Below are positions 8,384 to 18,883 of a stretch of 38,807 nucleotides of DNA, piece by piece; the first letter of the stretch is position 1, and every line of letters starts with the position of its first letter. Location: the IMG/VR virus record IMGVR_UViG_3300012931_000042, positions 1-38,807 of that record; one strand, given 5' to 3'. Both the position numbers and the translations under genes were made by a program. This stretch comes from a virus. The notes below the pieces were generated by a model. The model saw only the letters and a list, made by a program, of their open reading frames with translations, searched no databases and was not told the origin of the DNA.

Positions 8384-9631
8384 CTAATAGATTGGGAAAC
8401 AGAGTTTCATTCCATATTCTGAGATTAGTTTTGCTCCGGTTATCCCGTCATAGACAAGACCTCTAAAGTCTTCTCCGTATTTGCAACCATACGTTAATCG
8501 AATGGCCGCTCCCGTTTCTTTGTCTACCTTATTCGACGTTGGAAAAGGCATTTGGTCAGGAAGATTTGGCATTGCCAAATAAAACGCGTCAGCGCAATAA
8601 ATCAATCCAGCCATGTGTGTTCCAACAGCTTTGATTTGCATGCCCGAAACAATATTCATATTTATGTTTTGATTCGGGTTTTTTTGGCTACAAAGCGCGG
8701 GGTAAATATTAAGAGTAATAGTTCCGCCTGAGGTGGCCGATGCTGAGGTCGCTCTCATTTGGACTTTTGACGAGGACAAACCGTGCCCAGTCCATTGCAA
8801 CGCTCTCAGTTTCGCTTCTCCGGAAACGTCGATAAAATATAAACTATCGTTTTCGTGGATGGCATCAGAGTCCGAAGAAGAGCCGGCTGAAGTGCAAACA
8901 ATTTGAGTGATGTTCGCTCCAGTAGGATCATCCGTCGAAACGACTGTTAAGACTGTTCCCTCATTCCCAATCGTTCCTGCTTCATGAGTCCAGATTTGGT
9001 TTGAATTGAACCAATCACAGTTTGAGAACGTGCCAACATACCAGTCATTACTGATCTTTTCGTTTCGTTTTAGAGCGAATTCTGTCAATCCACTAGTAAC
9101 GATTCCCGGTTGCCAAACATCAGGGAGAAATCCTTTTACTTTCCCCGTTGTCCCAAAGTTTCTGAATAGAGCAAGAGCTTGGGCGAGTTGACCATAGCTA
9201 TTAATTTCATCCAAGGATTCGTTATAAAACCTATATGTGTCCGTAATAGCGTGTTTTGCTAAATTTCTCTCAATAGTAGCGCCAATTTCGGAAATGGCTG
9301 CTTCACCGAATTTTTCGATGTATTGCTCGGTCGTATAAACAAATTGAGTTGTATCGAACGCAAAAGAAGTGCTAATCGCAGTATCGATAGTCAAGGAATC
9401 ATATAACATTGAGACCGGAGCGAACTGAGCAACGAGAGAGTCAACTGTTCTAGCTCTGAAAGGTCTTTCTATTTGTATCGTTGTTCCAAGGTTTGCGGGG
9501 AATTGCTCGAAATCTCTTAATTTCTTATTTGCCTGATCTAGGAAACAACATTGATTTTGCAACGATGCAAGGGATGCATCGTGATACGTTTGTACTGCAT
9601 ATAGTACGTTTTCTGGCACAATATTAGCCAT
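8384..9631 (-). CDS. Major capsid protein (P22 coat-like HK97 fold), 415 aa
   Basis: ATG at 9631 is preceded by gaggtggtaaaa, and the track GTG at 9640 lies inside that RBS. The size is close to P22 gp5. It sits downstream of the scaffold gene, and its C-terminal region pattern resembles the P22 coat. Confidence 0.75.
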   Translation of the reverse strand: MANIVPENVLYAVQTYHDASLASLQNQCCFLDQANKKLRDFEQFPANLGTTIQIERPFRARTVDSLVAQFAPVSMLYDSLTIDTAISTSFAFDTTQFVYTTEQYIEKFGEAAISEIGATIERNLAKHAITDTYRFYNESLDEINSYGQLAQALALFRNFGTTGKVKGFLPDVWQPGIVTSGLTEFALKRNEKISNDWYVGTFSNCDWFNSNQIWTHEAGTIGNEGTVLTVVSTDDPTGANITQIVCTSAGSSSDSDAIHENDSLYFIDVSGEAKLRALQWTGHGLSSSKVQMRATSASATSGGTITLNIYPALCSQKNPNQNINMNIVSGMQIKAVGTHMAGLIYCADAFYLAMPNLPDQMPFPTSNKVDKETGAAIRLTYGCKYGEDFRGLVYDGITGAKLISEYGMKLCFPIY

Positions 9632-9695
9632 TTTTACCACCTCTGTTAAAAGAGCTGATAATGACTATGCCGTGTTAGATTATTAAAAAAGCTCT

Positions 9696-10430
9696 CTAGC
9701 GTTTAAAGAGTTTTTTTCGCCAATCTTGGACGGACATCGAGCCACTACCGCTCAAACCGTTTGCTGATTGGTTAATTTGGGTCAAAGGTGGATTCGGATT
9801 TTTTTTCTTTAACGCTTCTTCATTCGCTTTTATTGCCTGGCTTAACGATGCCATTTCGGCCTGGACGAATCCAGGATTAATTAACGATTGCGTTTGAAAC
9901 GCTGTCAATTTATTAACATCTTTACTTAATTCGTACAAAACATCTGCAGTGTTGTCAAAATTGTTCGCCCATTCTACCAAGTGTGGGAATTTCTCCAGAC
10001 TCATGTTTCGTAGACGAATATCCATATCATTGTATTTTGATTTTGCCGCTTCGACTTTTTTTTCGAATTGGGTAAAAATTTGTTGCGCTTTAAATTCTTC
10101 TGTTTTGTTTTTTAAAACATCTTCAACTAACTTCGCAAGTTCTTCCTTTGTTTGACCAACTACATTTGAATTTTGCGCGGGAACATTTGAAGAAACTTGT
10201 TCTGGTTTCTTTAACTCTTCCATTAATTCTCTTCGAATCCGGTTTGAATTCGCGTTCATCATTTTTGCGACTTCATCACGAGAAAATTTCTTTTCTTCTT
10301 GATGTACTAGATTCGGTTCTGAACTTGGAAGACTTTCTGATGCATTAACAGAAACAGGAGCACTTACGCTTTCAGCGTTTGAACTTTGAGCACTTGAAGA
10401 AGAATCAACCGATTCAACCATTTCATCCAT
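9696..10430 (-). CDS. Scaffolding protein, 244 aa
   Basis: Acidic Ser-rich N-terminus followed by charged helical sequence. It lies immediately upstream of the capsid gene and divergent from the portal gene. Confidence 0.6.
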   Translation of the reverse strand: MDEMVESVDSSSSAQSSNAESVSAPVSVNASESLPSSEPNLVHQEEKKFSRDEVAKMMNANSNRIRRELMEELKKPEQVSSNVPAQNSNVVGQTKEELAKLVEDVLKNKTEEFKAQQIFTQFEKKVEAAKSKYNDMDIRLRNMSLEKFPHLVEWANNFDNTADVLYELSKDVNKLTAFQTQSLINPGFVQAEMASLSQAIKANEEALKKKNPNPPLTQINQSANGLSGSGSMSVQDWRKKLFKR

Positions 10431-10582
10431 ATTAACCTCTTGTTTTTATTCCGCATCAAAAAGATGGTAAATCTCGTTCTCTGTTGAGTTACAGGGAAAT
10501 TTAAGTTTTTCCAACTAGTATCTCTGTATAAAATTGTTTAATTTTTGTACAGATATGTTATGTTTAAATTGCCCGTCTTTAA

Positions 10583-12751
10583 ATGTCAAGCTTTTTTGGA
10601 ATAAAACAGCCAATGTCTAGAAACAAAGACACAAAAAAAGGATTGGAAAAAGAGCAGGAAAAGCTAAAATCAATAAAAGAAAACATTGAGAATGCATACG
10701 ATACGTTTTCAGACAATTATAAGCGGTGGCATCGTGGCAAATATTTCGCCATGGTTTCGTCTTTAAGCCCAGAAGAAAAAACAACTCTTCAACGTCTAAA
10801 AAAGCCTCCACTAGAATTCAATATTTCTGAGCCTTTTGTTAATCGCCAATTAGGCGAATTCTATCAGTCCGAGCCTTGTTTCTATGTCTCTTCAGTTGAA
10901 GATGAAGAGAAAATCAACCCAAAAATTTTAGATGTTGTTTCAGGAAATCTACGCCAAATAGAATTTGAATGCCGACAACGAGGCGTTCAACAAGAGGTTT
11001 TTAAGGACCAGGCTTTTGGCGGTTGGGGCGTGATGAAAGTCAGGACGGGCTATATTCATCCAAAAACGTTTCAACAACATATAATTCTAGAACGGCGAGA
11101 ACCAACTATGTGTGGGTTCGATCCTTTTGCGAAAGAAATGACAAAAGGAGATGGAAGTTTTTGTTTCGAGATTTTTGTTCAAAGCAGAAAATTGTTTGAA
11201 GAAGAAAACCCAGATGTTAATTTGAGCGATGTTTCTTTTTCTAGGTCTAGAATCGAAGGGTTTAACTGGTCCTATAAAAACAACAAAGAAGAAATGATCA
11301 GCGTCGTCGATTATTATGAAAAAAGAAGAGAACGCACAAAATTTGTCTTATTAAGCACAAATCAAGCGTTAACCGAAGACGAGTATAAATTATTTATTGA
11401 TACTTGGAATCAAAGCGGGTTTATTGAACCTCCTCCGGTTATAACAGATGAAAAAATTGATTTTCTAGAGACAATATATAGATATAGAGTGATAGAAAAT
11501 CAGATAATTGAATCTGTAAAAACCGATTATACTGGATTACCTCTTGTCTTTTTTGACGGGTCATCTGCAATTGTAAAAAAACAGGATGAAGATGTTGCCC
11601 AATTCACCCGCTCAATGTTGCACAACACGCAAGATCTGCAAAGGCTAAAGAACTTTGCAGGGCAAACGCTCGCGTATGAACTCGAAAACATTAGTCAACA
11701 AAAGTTAAACGTTCCACTCGAAGCAATTCCGACGAACGCGTATAAGGATTTGTATACAGATGTTCAAAAAGCTTCAGTTTTGGTTTACAACCAATTTTTA
11801 AATGGAGATCCAAATGTAAGATTGGATCGTCCAGAAGTCATGCAAAGGCAAGCAATACTTCCTGAAGTGTCAAATACGTTTATTGTTTCTGATCAAATGA
11901 TCCAAAACATTCTGGGGTCGTATGATGCGGCAATGGGGATAAACGGTAATGATGTAAGTGGAAGCGCAATCGCGCTCGGCACATCTCAATCAAACATGGC
12001 CTGTAAGACATATATTATTAATTTTATGCAAGGGTTAAACCGAATTGCAGAACTAATCGTTGGATTGATGCCGAAAATATATTTGAACAAGACTTCTGTA
12101 AAAATACGAAACAGCAAAGGAGATGCAGAAACTATCGATCTCAAAAAAGAAGAGATCGCTTTTAACTTCAAGCCTCGTCAATTAAAGGTAAATGTCGAAG
12201 CCGGAGTTAACTTCGAAATGCAGCAAAAGATGGCTCTTACAGCTTTAATTTCTATCGTTAAAGATCTTCCAAATTCTGAAATATCAAGATTCATTTGCGA
12301 TCGAGGCACATTGTTCTTGCTCAACAATCTATCGATTAAAGATAAAGATCAATTGAAATCGGAATATGAACCGTGGAAGAAAGAACAAGATGAAATAGCT
12401 AGAAAACAAGCTCAAACACAACAAATGGCATTGCAGAATGATCCGAGTTATATCATCGCTCAAAATGATCGCGTGAGATTGCAAATCGAGGAAGAGAAAA
12501 ACAGAGCAAGAAATCAACTCGATGCGGCAAAAATTATTATAGATAAAGAATCCGTTGATACGGACCGAATAAAGGCTATTTCCGGAATAAAAGAAAGCGA
12601 AAGGAAAGGCGTTCTTGCAATGCAGGAATCGGAAACTGACGATTTCGCGAAATCTGTAGATGTTGCGCTAAAAGTTAGTGATCACCTAAACAAAAAAGTC
12701 GAAGAAGAAGAACATGAATGGCAAAAAGAGGAGATGATTGATGGCTATTGA
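10583..12751 (+). CDS. Portal protein, 722 aa, with a long C-terminal charged helical extension
   Basis: Size is close to the P22 portal (about 725 aa). It is adjacent to the scaffold/capsid genes. The C-terminal ~130 aa are E/K/Q-rich and helical, like the P22 barrel. Confidence 0.75.
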   Translation: MSSFFGIKQPMSRNKDTKKGLEKEQEKLKSIKENIENAYDTFSDNYKRWHRGKYFAMVSSLSPEEKTTLQRLKKPPLEFNISEPFVNRQLGEFYQSEPCFYVSSVEDEEKINPKILDVVSGNLRQIEFECRQRGVQQEVFKDQAFGGWGVMKVRTGYIHPKTFQQHIILERREPTMCGFDPFAKEMTKGDGSFCFEIFVQSRKLFEEENPDVNLSDVSFSRSRIEGFNWSYKNNKEEMISVVDYYEKRRERTKFVLLSTNQALTEDEYKLFIDTWNQSGFIEPPPVITDEKIDFLETIYRYRVIENQIIESVKTDYTGLPLVFFDGSSAIVKKQDEDVAQFTRSMLHNTQDLQRLKNFAGQTLAYELENISQQKLNVPLEAIPTNAYKDLYTDVQKASVLVYNQFLNGDPNVRLDRPEVMQRQAILPEVSNTFIVSDQMIQNILGSYDAAMGINGNDVSGSAIALGTSQSNMACKTYIINFMQGLNRIAELIVGLMPKIYLNKTSVKIRNSKGDAETIDLKKEEIAFNFKPRQLKVNVEAGVNFEMQQKMALTALISIVKDLPNSEISRFICDRGTLFLLNNLSIKDKDQLKSEYEPWKKEQDEIARKQAQTQQMALQNDPSYIIAQNDRVRLQIEEEKNRARNQLDAAKIIIDKESVDTDRIKAISGIKESERKGVLAMQESETDDFAKSVDVALKVSDHLNKKVEEEEHEWQKEEMIDGY

Positions 12752-15455
12752 TCCGAAATATATTCCATTAAATTATCTTCAAGAGTTCTTTGTCGACAAG
12801 AGTACAGGATTACCATTGGCAGGCGGATCTGTTGCTTTCTATAAAGACACATCGAGAACAGAACTAAAAGATATTTACACGATATCTGGTGATGGGACAA
12901 GTTATAGCTACGTTCAGCTTCCAAATCCTTGCCCTTTAGGAATTAATGGTGGATTCGTCGACAACACAGGCAATGATACTATGGTCTATGCCTATCCATA
13001 TGACTCTGAAGGCGAAATAGAATTATATTTCTTAAGAGTACTCGACGAAGATGGGGCATTACAGTTTACTCGGCAAGGCGTTCCGAACATTTCGACAGAA
13101 ACGGCGACTACAGATACTGAGTTCACAAATTATATTCCGAACGGACAGTTTTTGATTCACACAGACATCGTTGAAACTCCTACAAATGATGAAGGAGAAA
13201 TAACGAACGCGATAACTGAGATCGCTCAGGGAGGATGGACGTTTGAACGGCCGTCTGCAAGTTCCGCAACGGACTTAGTTACTTTTGAACGCTATGCCAG
13301 CTATGTCGAAAATCCTTCCGGTTCTCCGAGATATTCTTGCAGAATTAGATGCACTAGCCCGAATTTAGGAGATTCATACAAAGGAATTAGGATTAAATTC
13401 GATGATGTAAACAAGTTTTCTTCTGTTTCAAAACAATTTACTTTCGCCTTTGCGGCAATATCCGAAACTGAAGGAACCGAATTAACAATAAACTTGATAA
13501 AGAACTATGGTACTGGGGGAAGTGACGAAACTTCAGAAGTTTTAGCCGTAAAGGCGTTAACAACAGAAATGGTCATCTATAATACTCAATTTATCTTCGG
13601 AGAAAATGAAGACAAAGTAATTGGGGAGGATGACGACGATTATCTTCAATTAGATATTGAAGTCCCACCAACATCTGTCGTCGACGTTTATTTGACGGAT
13701 TTTATTCTGAGCGAAGGTGCTCTAACAATTTCAGCGTTCCCTGAAACTCCGAATTCGGAATTTTCATACCAATCAATTACTGCTCCTGTTCCGGCTCATG
13801 ATGGATCGGATCTTTACTGTTCTTTGCGTCTTACTCCTAGCGGACTTGAGTGGGACCATTCAGACGTTGGTTCTGTAATGACTAAAAGTAGTTCGGAGGT
13901 CCCTGTCGGATATCTATTGGCAGATGGATCGACTTACGAGACAGAACAATATTCTTCCGATGGAATCCCGTATTCGAGATTACAATCCGTCTACTGGCTT
14001 TCTTCATTGAACCTTCCTTTATATGGGACTGGGTTAAATCGATTCACTGCCGCGTACCCCGACACCGGAACATTAGTGCCAGTAATCAACAATTCAGCTG
14101 GTGTTGTTACGGCAACAGCAGATGGATCTATTCCGACAGGGTTCACTTTTGCGACAATTCACAAAGGTGACGCTGGATACGATGTAAAAAGTTATCTAGT
14201 CGGAAACAGTACTTTTGTTATCGAACCAAATTATTCGTATGAACTAACGCAAAGTTCGGCTGGGACGACTCCTTTCACGGTAACAAGCATCCAACATGGA
14301 TACACTCCTTCTGGTCAATATAAGACCGCAGTTGTGGCTTGCGCGACCGGAAGCGTCGCATCGCTTTCCGGAGAAAAGACAATCGATGGAATTTTAACCT
14401 CTACGTCTCGTGTTTTGCTCGTCAACCAATCATCGTCGAAAACAAACGGTATTTATGTTACGAGTTCTGGGTCGTGGACAAGAGCATCGGATGCAGACAC
14501 AGAAGCTGAATTGCTGGCCTGCATTGTTCCAGTTAGCTCTGGAGAAACGTATGGAGGAAAAACATTTTACAACACAGATGAGTCCATTACAGTCGGAACA
14601 ACGGGGATACATTTTTCCTTATATTCAGGGACTGCTATCGGAGCGAAAGAAATAACTCAAGTTCAATGCTCGGCGGCTTCCGAATTAAGCGCCGGGGAAT
14701 ATATGTTATTTTATTCTTATGATCCCGCGACAAATACGGTAATAAAATATTACATATGGATAAAAATAGACGGAGTCGGAACTGATCCGGCCGTTTCAGG
14801 AGCGACTGGAATTGAACTCGATTTATTATCAACCGATTCTGCGTCGACGAATGCTGCCAAATTTGTTTGGGCAATAAATGGATTCAATGTAACAACGATA
14901 ACGGTAACTGCTGGAAGCGCGATTACCGCCGGGTCTTATTTTTTAGTTCACTCTACTGACACCAATTTTTATGTGTTGATGACTGTAAATGGAGTCGGAA
15001 CTGATCCAGAAATCTCGGGCTATATTAAGATTTTATGCCCTATCCTATCGACTGATACTGCAAACGGAGTTGCTCTAAAATTGCAGACCGCAATTAATTC
15101 AAAATATTTCGCAGTGCCGAAATACAACGGAATGTTCTTGCGAGGAGTTGATAATGGAGCTGGAATTGATGTTGACGCTGGCTCTCGATACTCGATGGTC
15201 ACTGGGATCTATGGAGATCAAGTAGGAACGTCTCAACTTGACGCGTTGAAAGCGCATACGCATTGGCTCGCGAACGGAGATCATCCAGAAGATACAAGAT
15301 CAATTTTTGGAGCGAATAGCGCAATTGGGTCAAGTTACACTGTTAGTACTACTACCCCGTGGTCTGCGGGTGTAGTTCCGCTCGTCGAAATCACTGGAAA
15401 CAGCGAACAAGCCTATCCAATAAACATGAGTGTACAATTTTTGATCAAATATTGA
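12741..15455 (+). CDS. Tail fibre / receptor-binding protein with a C-terminal phage tail-collar-like domain, 904 aa
   Basis: ATG at 12741 (the track TTG is at 12738). N-terminus is 'GLPLAGGSVAFYKD'. C-terminus 'NGMFLRGVDNGAGIDVDAGSR...GDQVGTSQLDALKAHTHW' matches the tail-collar motif. There are two ~75-aa internal repeats containing 'NGVGTDP'. Confidence 0.7.
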   Translation: MAIDPKYIPLNYLQEFFVDKSTGLPLAGGSVAFYKDTSRTELKDIYTISGDGTSYSYVQLPNPCPLGINGGFVDNTGNDTMVYAYPYDSEGEIELYFLRVLDEDGALQFTRQGVPNISTETATTDTEFTNYIPNGQFLIHTDIVETPTNDEGEITNAITEIAQGGWTFERPSASSATDLVTFERYASYVENPSGSPRYSCRIRCTSPNLGDSYKGIRIKFDDVNKFSSVSKQFTFAFAAISETEGTELTINLIKNYGTGGSDETSEVLAVKALTTEMVIYNTQFIFGENEDKVIGEDDDDYLQLDIEVPPTSVVDVYLTDFILSEGALTISAFPETPNSEFSYQSITAPVPAHDGSDLYCSLRLTPSGLEWDHSDVGSVMTKSSSEVPVGYLLADGSTYETEQYSSDGIPYSRLQSVYWLSSLNLPLYGTGLNRFTAAYPDTGTLVPVINNSAGVVTATADGSIPTGFTFATIHKGDAGYDVKSYLVGNSTFVIEPNYSYELTQSSAGTTPFTVTSIQHGYTPSGQYKTAVVACATGSVASLSGEKTIDGILTSTSRVLLVNQSSSKTNGIYVTSSGSWTRASDADTEAELLACIVPVSSGETYGGKTFYNTDESITVGTTGIHFSLYSGTAIGAKEITQVQCSAASELSAGEYMLFYSYDPATNTVIKYYIWIKIDGVGTDPAVSGATGIELDLLSTDSASTNAAKFVWAINGFNVTTITVTAGSAITAGSYFLVHSTDTNFYVLMTVNGVGTDPEISGYIKILCPILSTDTANGVALKLQTAINSKYFAVPKYNGMFLRGVDNGAGIDVDAGSRYSMVTGIYGDQVGTSQLDALKAHTHWLANGDHPEDTRSIFGANSAIGSSYTVSTTTPWSAGVVPLVEITGNSEQAYPINMSVQFLIKY

Positions 15456-15464
15456 AGGTGAGAT

Positions 15465-15800
15465 ATGTCATTTGTAATGTTAACGGACACTGGTGGTCGA
15501 AACACGTTTGCGACTCCTTTCAACTGCAAAAAGTATTCGACAACTCTTTCTTTGGGAATTGCTCAAACAATTACTGTCCCCGCTGAATATAGCAGATATA
15601 TTGCGATTTTCGCTTTTGAGCCCGGTGCAATGGTTTGGGTTGCAGATAATGAAACGGCCGCAGTCCCTGGATCTTCTTTTGCGGAGACAACCTCGTTTCT
15701 GAATCCTGTTGCAAAATTAGTAAAAGGCGAAGATGTTTTGAGCCTGATAACGAATAGCGATTCCGCTGAAGTTGGAGTCAGTTTCTATGACATTCCATAA
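15465..15800 (+). CDS. Hypothetical protein, 111 aa (possible fibre accessory/chaperone)
   Basis: Sits between two RBP genes. No motif recognised. Confidence 0.4.
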   Translation: MSFVMLTDTGGRNTFATPFNCKKYSTTLSLGIAQTITVPAEYSRYIAIFAFEPGAMVWVADNETAAVPGSSFAETTSFLNPVAKLVKGEDVLSLITNSDSAEVGVSFYDIP

Positions 15801-15981
15801 CGAAAATTTTCAGGAAACTCCGACAGAAGGATTAACGCAAAGTGTCTTTCACTATAAAGACTCAGGATCTTCTGTGTTCTTGACTCCATTTTTTCTAAAA
15901 GGTATTGGATCAGAGGGCAACGAATATGCCTTAAGCGATTCCGAAACATATTTTTTATGCATGGCTAAGGAAGACGTATGA
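15787..15981 (+). CDS. Hypothetical small protein, 64 aa
   Basis: In-frame ATG at 15787. It shares an ATGA overlap with the downstream tailspike gene start at 15978. Confidence 0.3.
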   Translation: MTFHNENFQETPTEGLTQSVFHYKDSGSSVFLTPFFLKGIGSEGNEYALSDSETYFLCMAKEDV

Positions 15982-18677
15982 CAGTTGAAGGTAAATTATT
16001 TTCGCAATTAACTGAGGCCACAAACATTTCCGGATCTCTTGGAGTCGTTGAAAACGCATCAACAGGTTTAGGGAAGAAATTCACATATTCGAATGATTCG
16101 ACCTTTGCGTCGTCAACAGACGCTATGGTTTCGACGTCTTTAGCTGTCTCAACTGCTTTGGCAGGGAAATCTGATGCAATAACTCCCTCTGAGAATCTGA
16201 TCTACTACGTTAGTGCGGTTTGCGGTGACGATTCAACTGGAGATGGATCATATGCGAAACCGTTTGCAACGTTAATGCATACCATGAGCATGATTACAGA
16301 TTCCGGAAAAAGTAAATGGTATACCATTCAACTGTTATCTGATATCAATGAAGATAACGGTCCTCTACTTGTAAAACCGTTTGTTTGGATCTTTGGTCAA
16401 CAAATCTATAAAACTGAAGTTAACATTTACGATGGAATTAAACCTTCGTCTGGCCACACTGTCACTTCATTAAATGGATTCAAAAACATTTCCTTTAGTG
16501 ACAATGTCTTGTGGGAGCTTCCCGTTGCAACCGAATCGGTTTACAACACTGTTATTTTCGAGAATTGTACTTTTTTTAATCTGCTTACAGCAGAAGGAAG
16601 AGATAGTTCAATAGGTGATTACGTAAGGTTGTATAATTGTGGATTCTCCAATTCAGTCGAACTCTCGAACGTTGTTTGCATCGCTCGTAGTTGCGAATTC
16701 GAATTGGACGTTTCGTTTGTTGACACCGAAACAACGAACAACAAGGCTCAAATAGAACTTTCAAACAGCGTTATAGAAGTAAGCGTTACTGTTGATAATG
16801 CCACGGTAAGTTTAAGAGACATTACATATCCAACGGACCCGGAAGGATTAGATAATTTCACATCTTTAAATACATGTACCATTTCCTCGTTCAGAGGATT
16901 GCCAGCAACAACTGCATGCAATTTTTCGTCCGGATCGACAATTCATTATTATGACAATGCAACAATGATTAGATACGGGTCAACGAACGTTGATTCAGCT
17001 CTCGACGATTTATATTCCCAAATTGCTGGAGTTGTTAATCAATTCTCGAGCGATGGCAAAGCATTCTATGTCGCTAAATTCGGTGACGATCTCGCCGAAC
17101 AGCACTATTACACCCTAGATCAAGGGATTATCTCGTCTTCTTCAGATTTTCCAACAACAGCGGAGGTTGCCGACGGCGACTGTTATATGGTCGCAATCTA
17201 CCAAACTGTCACTGACAATGACTCGTCAAAAACGAACACAGGACAGACCTTTAGCGGACCGGTTCAAATCGCGTGGTACGCGAAAGATTCCAAATGGATA
17301 GAAAGAAATGGATTAACTCCGGAAACCTGCCTTTGTTCTATTGGCGCAGCTCAGTACATTGCGAATTATCTATATCAATACTACGCAAAAGAATATTGCA
17401 TTATATGCCTTGATTCGAGTTCTTATTATTTCGAATCGTACGAAGAAACTTATGTTTCTGTTTTTGCGCCGTTAGCGACGTTCCATATCTACGGTTATTA
17501 TTATTTCAAGCCGAACACTGGAATTATGTCGATCGACAAACTCTATTCGTATAGTTCGAATGGGTTCTACGGAATGTCGACGGCGGCTTCACATTTATAT
17601 GTGAATTTTGCCCAACTTTCGAGCTCGAGTTATAGCGGATTGTTCTTCAAATCCGGATCTGGAGAATTCCATTTGCATGCAAATAAGATTGATGGACAGA
17701 GTACAGCGAATCAGGTTATTTCGTGCCTGCAATCCGGTGGAGATGCTTTCTACGTTTACGCAAACAAAATCATAGGGACAATCTATTCGCTCGGCGATTC
17801 AATCTACGTCAACACATTAGATTTGACCGATATCGTCCAGAATCCTTTGCTCGGAAGCATATACATTAACGGTCCTGCCGGGAAATGGTATAAAAAAGAT
17901 GAGAGGCCTGCTTTAACTCCGCAATGGTTTGAATTCGCGCAAACATCTAGTATTTCTAATGTTTCTTTCAACTTTTCAGCTGAAAGCATTAACGTGTCGA
18001 CAGGAGAAAAGGCAAGAGTTATTTGTCGAACAGCTTTAGATTCGTCCGGCGATCTCGGCAATGTAATGTATGCAATAGAGCAAGGCTCTCAAACTTTCGC
18101 GGGAAAAGTAAGAATATACAAAGACCCCGAAAATACAGTGCATTATTATATTTTGTTCATCGCTACATCGTATAATTTGATCGAGGCCGATACGACGAGC
18201 GGGACAGGATTGAACATTGTTAATGTTTGGAATTCTTGCGGGACAGGAACTGATCCGTCAGGTGTATCGACATACACATTATTGTACGACTCGTCTACCG
18301 ATTCAGGAGCTATGCCGGTAACCGGAACGCTAGCCGGACCGATTTCAGATGTGACTGTGTATTTTGATTTCGTGCGAGGAGAAGGAAAGACGTGCACAAT
18401 GACGTGTAGAGGATTCGATTCGACTGGGAATGGTACGGCAGCAGCAATTTCGTGCTCAAGTCTTGTCCCTGAAATTCTTCGCCCTTCAATCGCTGTCAAC
18501 GGGATTTTTCAATTGAAATCCAACAACTCGTCATATAGTAGTAATCTCAGCATATGCACGATTGATACCTCCGGAAATCTTGTAATGAAGCCGGTAGCCT
18601 CGACAACATATACGATCACGTCAGGATATGCGGTGAATGTACCGTCATTTACAATGACTTGGCAATTGCCGTTTTAA
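15978..18677 (+). CDS. Tailspike / receptor-binding protein, 899 aa
   Basis: N-terminal 'EGKLFSQLTEATNISGS...KKFTYS' parallels the 775-aa fibre N-terminus. The rest is long and Ser/Thr/Asn/Tyr-rich, typical of beta-helix tailspikes. Confidence 0.65.
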   Translation: MTVEGKLFSQLTEATNISGSLGVVENASTGLGKKFTYSNDSTFASSTDAMVSTSLAVSTALAGKSDAITPSENLIYYVSAVCGDDSTGDGSYAKPFATLMHTMSMITDSGKSKWYTIQLLSDINEDNGPLLVKPFVWIFGQQIYKTEVNIYDGIKPSSGHTVTSLNGFKNISFSDNVLWELPVATESVYNTVIFENCTFFNLLTAEGRDSSIGDYVRLYNCGFSNSVELSNVVCIARSCEFELDVSFVDTETTNNKAQIELSNSVIEVSVTVDNATVSLRDITYPTDPEGLDNFTSLNTCTISSFRGLPATTACNFSSGSTIHYYDNATMIRYGSTNVDSALDDLYSQIAGVVNQFSSDGKAFYVAKFGDDLAEQHYYTLDQGIISSSSDFPTTAEVADGDCYMVAIYQTVTDNDSSKTNTGQTFSGPVQIAWYAKDSKWIERNGLTPETCLCSIGAAQYIANYLYQYYAKEYCIICLDSSSYYFESYEETYVSVFAPLATFHIYGYYYFKPNTGIMSIDKLYSYSSNGFYGMSTAASHLYVNFAQLSSSSYSGLFFKSGSGEFHLHANKIDGQSTANQVISCLQSGGDAFYVYANKIIGTIYSLGDSIYVNTLDLTDIVQNPLLGSIYINGPAGKWYKKDERPALTPQWFEFAQTSSISNVSFNFSAESINVSTGEKARVICRTALDSSGDLGNVMYAIEQGSQTFAGKVRIYKDPENTVHYYILFIATSYNLIEADTTSGTGLNIVNVWNSCGTGTDPSGVSTYTLLYDSSTDSGAMPVTGTLAGPISDVTVYFDFVRGEGKTCTMTCRGFDSTGNGTAAAISCSSLVPEILRPSIAVNGIFQLKSNNSSYSSNLSICTIDTSGNLVMKPVASTTYTITSGYAVNVPSFTMTWQLPF

Positions 18678-18683
18678 CTGCAT

Positions 18684-18768
18684 GGAGGGGTTCCCGAGCG
18701 GCCAAAGGGGACAGACTGTAAATCTGTTGGCGTTGCCTTCGTAGGTTCAAATCCTACTCCCTCCACCA
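18684..18768 (+). tRNA. tRNA-Tyr(GTA): tRNA-Tyr (anticodon GTA), class II with a long variable arm and encoded CCA
   Basis: Acceptor GGAGGGG/TCCCTCC. Anticodon stem acaga/tctgt with loop cTGTAaa. T-arm gtagg-ttcaaat-cctac. Discriminator A followed by CCA. Confidence 0.9.
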
Positions 18769-18841
18769 TTGAGGAGCGGCTGAGCTCCACTATTCCTTTT
18801 GTGTAGCGCAAAACATAATCCACACTCCACAAAAAACGCTT

Positions 18842-18883
18842 AAAAAAAAGAAGAGATCAAACACTGCTTTTTGACCTCTTCTT
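18842..18883 (-). terminator. Intrinsic terminator closing the leftward operon
   Basis: 14-bp stem (aagaagagatcaaa / tttgacctcttctt, one mismatch). On the minus strand it is followed by a U-run (the run of eight As at 18842-18849 on the plus strand, the last two of which also pair in the stem). Confidence 0.65.

Noticed and set aside
18684-18768. The phage tRNA might be a suppressor explaining the in-frame TAA (a former Tyr codon) in the HEAT gene, or stop-codon recoding might operate genome-wide.
   Set aside because: The anticodon loop reads cTGTAaa, so the anticodon is GTA (normal Tyr), not TTA. All other long genes are open and terminate sensibly in the standard code.
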